Below are positions 30,054-36,956 of a DNA stretch of 64,000 bases, in pieces (position 1 is the stretch's first letter; the number at the start of each line of letters is the position of its first letter). The position numbers were made by a program, and so were the translations under genes. The stretch comes from a virus, in the IMG/VR virus record IMGVR_UViG_3300027801_001565. One strand, given 5' to 3'. The notes beneath the pieces are model-generated. The model was not told the DNA's origin. It saw only the letters and a list, made by a program, of their open reading frames with translations, and did not search any database.

Positions 30054-30518
30054 ATGGCGTCAGTAGAATACGAAGGAATTAAAATGAGTGGTTCTAAACT
30101 ACTATTTATTATTCCATTATTAGGAACGCTTATCGGAGGTTTATGGGGAGGGTTCGAACTCTACAGTAGACTCTTAGAAGCAGAAGAGAAACTAGAACAA
30201 TTAGATCCTGAACAAATAATGAATCAGGTAGAGTTGTTTAAAGAAACAAGTGAACTGGAGTTACAAAACCTTCAGTCCCTTACCACTATACTTAAAGACG
30301 AACTGGGTAAAGACATACAGGAAGCTGTACGTCTGGCAAGAGAAGTAGAAAACACATCATCAACATCTCAGAGAGAAGTTCGTAATGATGTATATGCTAT
30401 TGAGAAAGAACTAATGGCTCGACTTAAAGAGATAGATAGTGATATGCGTACTATGAGAACAGAACTAGAAGATCGCATGAAAGAGATATTAGAAAATCCA
30501 TTAAACGACGTAGAATAA
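30054..30518 (+). CDS. Membrane-anchored coiled-coil protein
   Basis: N-terminal TM (IIPLLGTLIGGLWGGF) then heptad-rich helix ending LENPL. Confidence 0.75.
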   Translation: MASVEYEGIKMSGSKLLFIIPLLGTLIGGLWGGFELYSRLLEAEEKLEQLDPEQIMNQVELFKETSELELQNLQSLTTILKDELGKDIQEAVRLAREVENTSSTSQREVRNDVYAIEKELMARLKEIDSDMRTMRTELEDRMKEILENPLNDVE

Positions 30519-30536
30519 AAGAGTATAAATAATATT

Positions 30537-30797
30537 ATGTTAAAAGGATTAAAAGAATGGTGGTTTAGACTCTTCTATGAGGAGTACCACCTATCGGTTT
30601 GGTTTGAGAAAGATATTAAGGTTGTGGGTACAGGCGATAAACGCATTGAGACTTCGACTAAGGTTAGAAAAGAGTTTAAGCTTAAAGCAATATCTAAATC
30701 AACACCGACACACATCAAAGGAAAAGATCTAAAGGGTAGAGCGTTTGAACTTAAAACTGTTAAGCCCTTTGATTATCAAATAAGAAAGATCTACTAA
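30537..30797 (+). CDS. Hypothetical protein
   Basis: 86 aa; late promoter at 30524-30531. Confidence 0.7.
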   Translation: MLKGLKEWWFRLFYEEYHLSVWFEKDIKVVGTGDKRIETSTKVRKEFKLKAISKSTPTHIKGKDLKGRAFELKTVKPFDYQIRKIY

Positions 30798-31309
30798 GGA
30801 AAGAGGGCTCTAACCCAACCTTCTGTTTGTAGACACTCCATACACTCCTCAAAGCTCTTAGTTCGTATCGTAGTACGGAAGATTGTTCTATTACTAGTAG
30901 TAGCACAGCCGTGTAGCGTTTGTAGATCTACTAGGGCTATTTTATAGCTATAACTGTAGCTGGAATCGTCTATCTTGAACATTACAGGGTCATAAACATC
31001 GTCTAACATTATGTTAACGCTACATTGTATAGGGTTGCCATCACGATGATAGTCTAACCAAGTGTTGGCGGGTTGATTGAAGAATACAGACATACCATCG
31101 TTGTCTGGTAGATCAAACATACGTTGAAAGATATTAGATACATAACGACTGTATGGTAGATTACATGTTACTACCGACATTCCTTTAGCAGCTGTCTTGT
31201 CCATAAAGAAACGTTTATCTGCTTTAACCTTGTTGTAGTCTCGCATTAGTTCTTCATAATTAACAACAATCCCAAAATTAGATGGAGCCACCATCAACGA
31301 AAGATCCAT
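30794..31309 (-). CDS. 2OG-Fe(II) oxygenase-like protein
   Basis: YHRD...CSVN...LHG....R pattern; start uncertain. Confidence 0.5.
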   Translation of the reverse strand: MDLSLMVAPSNFGIVVNYEELMRDYNKVKADKRFFMDKTAAKGMSVVTCNLPYSRYVSNIFQRMFDLPDNDGMSVFFNQPANTWLDYHRDGNPIQCSVNIMLDDVYDPVMFKIDDSSYSYSYKIALVDLQTLHGCATTSNRTIFRTTIRTKSFEECMECLQTEGWVRALFP

Positions 31310-31316
31310 TATGTGT

Positions 31317-31424
31317 TTAGTAATCGTCATCGTCCCAACCTTTGATAACAAGCCAAACCATGAGAAGAGTAGCGAATGTAAGAACGGCTAAAGTCGGAAG
31401 TATTTGTTCTAGAATAGGAATCAT
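31317..31424 (-). CDS. Small TM peptide (35 aa), not in the ORF track
   Basis: MIPILEQILPTLAVLTFATLLMVWLVIKGWDDDDY; AGGAG RBS; ATGA overlap with the upstream gene. Confidence 0.6.
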   Translation of the reverse strand: MIPILEQILPTLAVLTFATLLMVWLVIKGWDDDDY

Positions 31425-31648
31425 GCAATCCAACTCCTTGTGGACAGATTTACATAACTTTTAAGAGTACCCATGTAGTCGTATATATCAACTGAATAAG
31501 TTTTAGTTGTTATTTTATTCTCACCGTCTACTGATGTAGAGGTAACCTCTTGTACGCTGTGACTTCTCGATGATATGTTAGGTATACCAGTTACTCTCGG
31601 TATGCCACCTGGTTCGTGATATCTAACATAGATATTACTCTCATTCAT
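31421..31648 (-). CDS. Hypothetical protein
   Basis: 75-aa ORF in a tightly packed series. Confidence 0.6.
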   Translation of the reverse strand: MNESNIYVRYHEPGGIPRVTGIPNISSRSHSVQEVTSTSVDGENKITTKTYSVDIYDYMGTLKSYVNLSTRSWIA

Positions 31649-31653
31649 AAGAG

Positions 31654-31968
31654 TTATTCTGTGTCTACTTCAGGTAACGAGTTTATTGTTATAGTAGGAG
31701 ATTCTGTTAACGTAGATGTTGTAATTGCATCTAGATTAAGATCTTCTGTAGTAATCGTTATTACATCAGAGAACGTCCCCGTAAGAATATTACCGAACTC
31801 ATTGGTAAAGTCTGATTGTAGTGGCTCGTAGTTAGAGGTGATCGTTGTTGTAAGTCCATCCTCACTGGTTGAGAACACGGTACTGCCAACGGTAATTGTT
31901 TCTGTCTTAGTAGCACTTACTAAATTATCTAGATTAATTTCTTTTAAGGTCTTCATATCTTTAGGCAT
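31654..31968 (-). CDS. Hypothetical Thr-rich protein
   Basis: 104-aa ORF with AGGA RBS. Confidence 0.6.
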   Translation of the reverse strand: MPKDMKTLKEINLDNLVSATKTETITVGSTVFSTSEDGLTTTITSNYEPLQSDFTNEFGNILTGTFSDVITITTEDLNLDAITTSTLTESPTITINSLPEVDTE

Positions 31969-32152
31969 ATCAGTATTTCCTTTCTCGATTAATGGACTAA
32001 CGAAGTTATGACGCAGTCCGTAAGGTTAGTAATATAAGAGTCCATATGCTATACACCACAGTTCTAACAGTAACATATAGATGCTTTCATAAGCTATAAT
32101 ACTCGTTAATAATAGTAAAGGGAATATAACGATACCATATCGCTTAGTTAGA

Positions 32153-32422
32153 TCACGCAACACCGAACATACTCCTTAGAAACGGAATAGGTACCCATTG
32201 TTCACTCGGTGTTGACACCGGAGGGCTTTGCATATTCCGAAAGTCTTCCTGCATGAAAGTATCATGTTCTGTTATAGGATAATTATACGCTCCAGTAACA
32301 GCTATAGTTATAATGAGAACAAGGAATAGAAACCATCCTGTAATCTTCATAGCTTCGTATGCTTTGTTTTTCGGTATAAGTCCAAGTTGTTTTAAATCTT
32401 TCACTATGTTAGGTTTCTTCAT
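32153..32422 (-). CDS. Hypothetical membrane protein
   Basis: One TM; late promoter at 32444-32451. Confidence 0.6.
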   Translation of the reverse strand: MKKPNIVKDLKQLGLIPKNKAYEAMKITGWFLFLVLIITIAVTGAYNYPITEHDTFMQEDFRNMQSPPVSTPSEQWVPIPFLRSMFGVA

Positions 32423-32598
32423 GTATATTTCTCTTTACAATTTTATTTATACACACTATAGCATACACGAGAGCGTAAGTAAAGCATACATAGTACCAAA
32501 AGTACAGATGTTTCATTAACTGTACAAAACAACGTATATGTATACTTTATGAAACATAATACACATGTATGTATACTCATGTTTAAATTTACGTCATA

Positions 32599-32629
32599 AT
32601 TACACACGATTACATACGATTACACACGA
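32599..32629. repeat. Three tandem 10-bp repeats ATTACAYACG
   Basis: attacacacg attacatacg attacacacg in non-coding DNA. Confidence 0.85.
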
Positions 32630-32927
32630 ACAGAAGTGGTGCTAACATAGTGCTATGGTATCGTTATATCGCCTTTTTCAGAAAGATCTATTTTGGACGG
32701 TTTTTTGGCCGTACTTTTTCTGGGAAAGATTTCTCACAAGAAAGATCGATAGGGGCTATATACCTCGGTATGGGCGAGTACCTTGCTGCTTTTCCATAGC
32801 TCACCTCACGCATCTTGTCAAGCATTCTTTTTGCTAGCACACACGCACGCACGCGTCAAGCATTTCTTTTGCTTGACATTTCAGATAGCACGAAGCCAGC
32901 AATTACGCTGGCCCTCGATGCTTTAGA

Positions 32928-33068
32928 CTAGCTTGCTTTTAAATCCGCTAACTCAGCTTCTAACTTAGCAATTCGCTTAGCAGCTCCTAGCCCCGCCTCT
33001 TCGCCTAGAATTAAATAATCTTCAGCAATAGACTCATCATCAACGCTACAGTTTTCAATAGCACACAT
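32928..33068 (-). CDS. Small hypothetical protein (46 aa) or gene remnant
   Basis: MCAIENCSVDDESIAEDYLILGEEAGLGAAKRIAKLEAELADLKAS; followed by hairpin GCCAGC-aattac-GCTGGC. Confidence 0.4.
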   Translation of the reverse strand: MCAIENCSVDDESIAEDYLILGEEAGLGAAKRIAKLEAELADLKAS

Positions 33069-33104
33069 TACGCATCGTCGCTCCGAGTACTTCACACATA
33101 TAAA

Positions 33105-33124
33105 AGGGGCTGTATAAGCCCCCT
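33105..33124 (-). terminator. Intrinsic terminator of the 33143-33526 unit
   Basis: AGGGGCT-tatac-AGCCCCT followed by TTTAT on the minus strand. Confidence 0.7.
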
Positions 33125-33142
33125 GTGTGTAACCCCTATATG

Positions 33143-33526
33143 TTAAACAGTTATATTACTGTTTGCTATTACTTCCTTTTTACATAATGCCCAATCACAT
33201 TCAACATCATGTTCCTCAAAGTAATCCTCAAACACTATGTTTGTGCAAAAGTCAATTGCCTCAGTTTTGTTAAAAAACACATTACTCATGCTACTATTAC
33301 TGTATAAGTAATCCCCGTCCTCCTCAATTATGTACAAGTTCACAAAGTCATTAACCCTGTGTGTTTCGCCTTTCTCAGTATTTTGTAAATCCCTCAAAAG
33401 TGCTTCAATTTCCACAGTTACTTGTTCAATTTGTACTCCCTCCTCCTCAATGTATAATGTTATGTGTGTTTCCCCTAACGCCAAAGTGTTGTTAAGTGTT
33501 TGTAAAGCCGTTGTAAAGTTTTTCAT
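33143..33526 (-). CDS. Acidic early protein (127 aa) in a dinucleotide-depleted transcription unit
   Basis: Own promoter, AAGGAAG RBS and terminator; 25 D/E versus 7 K/R; no Pro. Confidence 0.8.
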   Translation of the reverse strand: MKNFTTALQTLNNTLALGETHITLYIEEEGVQIEQVTVEIEALLRDLQNTEKGETHRVNDFVNLYIIEEDGDYLYSNSSMSNVFFNKTEAIDFCTNIVFEDYFEEHDVECDWALCKKEVIANSNITV

Positions 33527-33569
33527 TTTGTACTTCCTTTTTAGTTTTTCATTTTGTTAATATGTACAT

Positions 33570-33598
33570 ATTATACTGTTTTTGGGAGTACATGTAAA
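33570..33598 (-). promoter_or_regulatory. Sigma70 promoter TTTACA-17-TATAAT
   Basis: Near-consensus with exact 17-nt spacer, upstream of 33526. Confidence 0.8.
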
Positions 33599-33664
33599 CC
33601 TTTTTATAGTACTATAACTGAGGTTTATGAGGGGCTATAGGGCGAAATCTTTTAAAAAGAATGC

Positions 33665-33693
33665 TTGACAAATGGTCCTAAAGAGTGCATAAT
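33665..33693 (+). promoter_or_regulatory. Early promoter TTGACA-17-CATAAT, GGTCC spacer class
   Basis: Followed by AACGGTATAAT as at 40765-40793. Confidence 0.8.
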
Positions 33694-33723
33694 AACGGTA
33701 TAATACAGTAATGGAGAGAACAT

Positions 33724-33999
33724 ATGAGATTATACTTTAACTTAGATACCAACAGAACAATAAGATTCAGAGATATGGATGCCCCTAAGGGTGCCACTAC
33801 ATATAGCGCCGGACAGGACTGTGGCGAAGGTGAGCAGATACTGGAGCTAGCAGCAGATCTACGTGGTGTAGGTGTTGATGAGACAGGCTATACGTTTTCA
33901 TCAGATTTAGACTTCCCTAAGGAGTACGGTTTTATGGCAGATGATGATGCTCACCGTATAGTAGCGAAGGCATTAACAATCGCGGTTGGTGGTGTTTAA
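33724..33999 (+). CDS. Acidic hypothetical early protein
   Basis: GGAGA RBS after the early promoter. Confidence 0.75.
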   Translation: MRLYFNLDTNRTIRFRDMDAPKGATTYSAGQDCGEGEQILELAADLRGVGVDETGYTFSSDLDFPKEYGFMADDDAHRIVAKALTIAVGGV

Positions 34000-34000
34000 G

Positions 34001-34252
34001 ATGAGTAACTATTACATAGACGCAACGAGAGACAACTTAGAGATGAAGGCGACACAGATGTCAACTACAGAGCTAGCAGGAGAGCTTGGACTAGAAGTAG
34101 ACGCACTAAGCGAGAAGGCATTCGGTGATACCCCTGGTACACATGATGCCCCGAATGAGATTCTATTCACTGGTTATGATATCTTCACTTTTGATGAGCT
34201 AGTAGATATGTACGTCACGGCCCAATTCGATGGACTGGCGAGGCAATACTAG
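34001..34252 (+). CDS. Acidic hypothetical early protein
   Basis: Likely start MSNYY just after the upstream stop. Confidence 0.7.
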   Translation: MSNYYIDATRDNLEMKATQMSTTELAGELGLEVDALSEKAFGDTPGTHDAPNEILFTGYDIFTFDELVDMYVTAQFDGLARQY

Positions 34253-34256
34253 AATC

Positions 34257-34383
34257 CGCTTGTAAAGAAGTTATACGGGGTGTGCACCTTCCCCCTTGTA
34301 AAGAAGTATTCTCCCCCATGGTGCCATCCCCCTTGTAAAGAAATATCCGCTACCCTGTACCTAGTCGCTTGTAAAGAAGTATT
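34257..34383. repeat. Four interspaced direct repeats CTTGTAAAGAA(G/A)T at 36-37-bp period
   Basis: Core starts at 34259, 34295, 34332 and 34368, with non-identical intervening sequences. Confidence 0.88.
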
Positions 34384-34733
34384 AGGGTGGGTGGTGGCAA
34401 CTATCCAGAGTACCAAACGCGCCAATCTCCAGGGCTTGACAAAAGCTTCTGAGTGTGTTAAGACCTGGGCTGAGGGTGGTAGAATCTTTTGGGCGAATAG
34501 CTCTGGTACCCTAGCTGCTTGACATTCAAGGCGCGTTAGGTTAGATCTACCCATATACTATACCAGCGCTACCTAGCTATTCAAGTATAGACGGTGGGTG
34601 GTTGGGTGGTGGTTAGATTAAAGTGGTGGGGTGGTGGTGGCAATACAGAAGTATTCTACTACGGCTGGGGGTGGTAACTAACGATTATTGCTAAGGCGTG
34701 TGGCACCACGCTCTAGCCATCAAGTGCTCTTAT

Positions 34734-35117
34734 CTATTCGTTAAAAGGATCGTTATCTTCTGCTGTGTATGTGGGTACTCTACTACTCGTGCCAATAGAT
34801 TCTACTTCTCTCTCTACGTTATCTACTATTAACTGTGCCTCTCTCATCATACTATCTATGTCTCCGAATGTCTCTAACTCAGACGTAATAGGCTCTTTAT
34901 TAATCTCTTCAAACAAATCGGCTTGTATAGGTAATTCGTGAGTATTTACAGCATTGGTGCGAATCTCTGTGTATCCTATATCTCCCATGCGTCCCATCTT
35001 CTCTAAATCTGCCATCACTCTCTCTCGCGTAGGCTCTGGAAATCTCATGTTCTCATATTTTATATTAAATGTTACCAGTACATCTTGTATTCTCTGCTCT
35101 TGTGTCTTATCTGTCAT
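34734..35117 (-). CDS. Hypothetical protein
   Basis: 127-aa ORF, AGGAG RBS. Confidence 0.7.
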   Translation of the reverse strand: MTDKTQEQRIQDVLVTFNIKYENMRFPEPTRERVMADLEKMGRMGDIGYTEIRTNAVNTHELPIQADLFEEINKEPITSELETFGDIDSMMREAQLIVDNVEREVESIGTSSRVPTYTAEDNDPFNE

Positions 35118-35367
35118 CGTTATCTCCTGGGTGGAACATGCCGTCTACATAGTTTTCTGCTACGTTCTCAGCATACTGTTCGCTGTGATTATACACTTCT
35201 CTGCGTTCTATTAGTTTATTATTCTCAAACAGATTTACATAGAAGCCTGATTTAGGCTTGTATAGAACTACAGCCATTCGTCCGTTCTCTTCCATTCGGG
35301 AATAGGTGTGCATTGCCTTAGCATCCTGTTCCTTATCATATTCCTCTGCCATTATTGTCATGTACAT
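35107..35367 (-). CDS. Conserved T4-like hypothetical protein
   Basis: HSEQYAENVAENYV motif; start uncertain. Confidence 0.65.
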   Translation of the reverse strand: MYMTIMAEEYDKEQDAKAMHTYSRMEENGRMAVVLYKPKSGFYVNLFENNKLIERREVYNHSEQYAENVAENYVDGMFHPGDNDDR

Positions 35368-35464
35368 ATCCAACCTCGTTCGTGCTTACTTCGTAAGCTT
35401 TTAAATATACTCTGTGCGTTAGAGTAGTTTGTTTATCGTTACTATATTTATTTATACTATGTTA

Positions 35465-35674
35465 TTAGCTATCGTTTTGTAAACGATTAAGTGCCAAGCG
35501 ATTGATCTCTATACGACGGCAATCATCAGCATTGTAAAACTCTGTTATCTCTGACATCGTTCGTCCACATCCTATGCACATATCTTCTACGCCATTGTCC
35601 TCAATCATACATATGCTGATACATGTAGACTCAACGGTTGGAATACCCAATAGCTTCTTTACTCGGTGTACCAT
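35465..35674 (-). CDS. DUF1289-family Cys-rich protein
   Basis: STCISIC......CIGCGRT..EI pattern. Confidence 0.75.
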   Translation of the reverse strand: MVHRVKKLLGIPTVESTCISICMIEDNGVEDMCIGCGRTMSEITEFYNADDCRRIEINRLALNRLQNDS

Positions 35675-36279
35675 CTATCAAACTCCTTCTTAAACGCATC
35701 GTAATTAGTCATAACAGCAATCTTATCTTGTTTACTGGCTATTTTACGATACAACTGTGGCATATAATTATAATCTTTACTAGGATCTATCCAATCAGCA
35801 AAGTCTGTTCGCCAATCGCCTGTTAAGTCCTCATATCGTATAGTTTTATCAAAATGGTATGTATCTCGTATAGCCATGTCTCTCATGTCGTCACCAATAA
35901 AGCGTTGTATAGGATCGTTGTCTTTGTCCCAAGTGAATGGCTCTAACGCTATATCTGTTGATTGTGAATAATATCTATTAGACGCTTGGGCTAATAGATG
36001 TGATAGAATCCTATCCTCTTTATCATCACGATACAGATATATTGAACACACATCCTTTCTTATTGAAAACTCTCTAAATGCTTTGCTTATGTTTGGGTGT
36101 TGTAAATGTGCGTCATGGATCTTACATGTCCATGGATCTGAGTTTACACCCATATCATTAAACATCATCTGCTCAATCAACCAACGATTCTGTATTATTT
36201 GACTTAGTGTGTGAAATACATAGGTACTACCAGCTCGTGGCTGGCTATATCCTAGTATACTTAGAATGTGTTTTTCCAT
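35659..36279 (-). CDS. Sulfotransferase-like P-loop protein
   Basis: QPRAGST 5'-PAPS loop, YLYRD...RILS 3'-PAPS motif, IRYEDL. Confidence 0.65.
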   Translation of the reverse strand: MEKHILSILGYSQPRAGSTYVFHTLSQIIQNRWLIEQMMFNDMGVNSDPWTCKIHDAHLQHPNISKAFREFSIRKDVCSIYLYRDDKEDRILSHLLAQASNRYYSQSTDIALEPFTWDKDNDPIQRFIGDDMRDMAIRDTYHFDKTIRYEDLTGDWRTDFADWIDPSKDYNYMPQLYRKIASKQDKIAVMTNYDAFKKEFDRWYTE

Positions 36280-36956
36280 GTAGCCTTTCCTGGAACGCCT
36301 TGGATGCGTCTATTATATACTAATCCTGCGCTGTACTGTGGACTTAATCCACCTTTCTCTAAGCCATCGATCCATTGCTCGTGATCGAATATATCTTTTG
36401 TTGGTTCACCGTTGATGATAAGTTCATTTTCTTCAGTCCAAGTCAAATCAAATGCTGGATTGAAACGTGTAAAGATAGGCGAGCCGTAACCAATCAATAC
36501 TGGTGGTGGGTTCTCTGTCATGCCATACCAGACTCTAACTGTTGCTCCTTTCCTTCTTAAAAGGTCACACATATCTTGCGTAACAATATCTGCACCAAGT
36601 ACACAATACTCCACACATGTCATGTCCAAGTCTGTGAACGTTGGTTCTGCCTCAAGTAATGGTAAATGTGCTGGTACTAGGTATATGTGTGTGGGCTGTA
36701 TCCTTATAAAGTTCCTTACATAGGTTTTAGCATCGAACTTCATGCAACTGTAATCACATCCGCTCAATACTGCTGGGTATGCTGATATTGTCCAATGGGC
36801 AATGGTGTTCGAGGGGTAAACATCTAATACTCTGCTGTCTTTGGTTAGCTTCATTTCAGCTATAGTATACTCAGCACATTGCTTGAGATACTCCCATGAG
36901 TGTTCAATTACCTTTGGCTCTTTAGTTGTTCCTGATGTGTATAATGTAATACTCAT
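36261..36956 (-). CDS. Compact AMP-binding (acyl-CoA ligase-like) adenylation protein
   Basis: LYTSGTTKEPK P-loop at the extreme N-terminus; WYGMTE; T.D. Confidence 0.75.
   Translation of the reverse strand: MSITLYTSGTTKEPKVIEHSWEYLKQCAEYTIAEMKLTKDSRVLDVYPSNTIAHWTISAYPAVLSGCDYSCMKFDAKTYVRNFIRIQPTHIYLVPAHLPLLEAEPTFTDLDMTCVEYCVLGADIVTQDMCDLLRRKGATVRVWYGMTENPPPVLIGYGSPIFTRFNPAFDLTWTEENELIINGEPTKDIFDHEQWIDGLEKGGLSPQYSAGLVYNRRIQGVPGKATWKNTF

Noticed and set aside
33724-34252. Same template-strand GA/GG avoidance in the divergent plus-strand early genes
   Set aside because: Their coding strand contains many TC and CC, so the depletion is specific to the 33143-33526 unit
34257-34400. Canonical CRISPR array
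   Set aside because: The repeat (~14-16 bp) and unit length are too short, the repeat is not palindromic and no cas operon is present; kept as an unexplained array
34249-34554. ORFs 34249-34554 (-) and 34280-34522 (+)
   Set aside because: They overlie the repeat array and promoter-like sites, lack an RBS and have atypical composition
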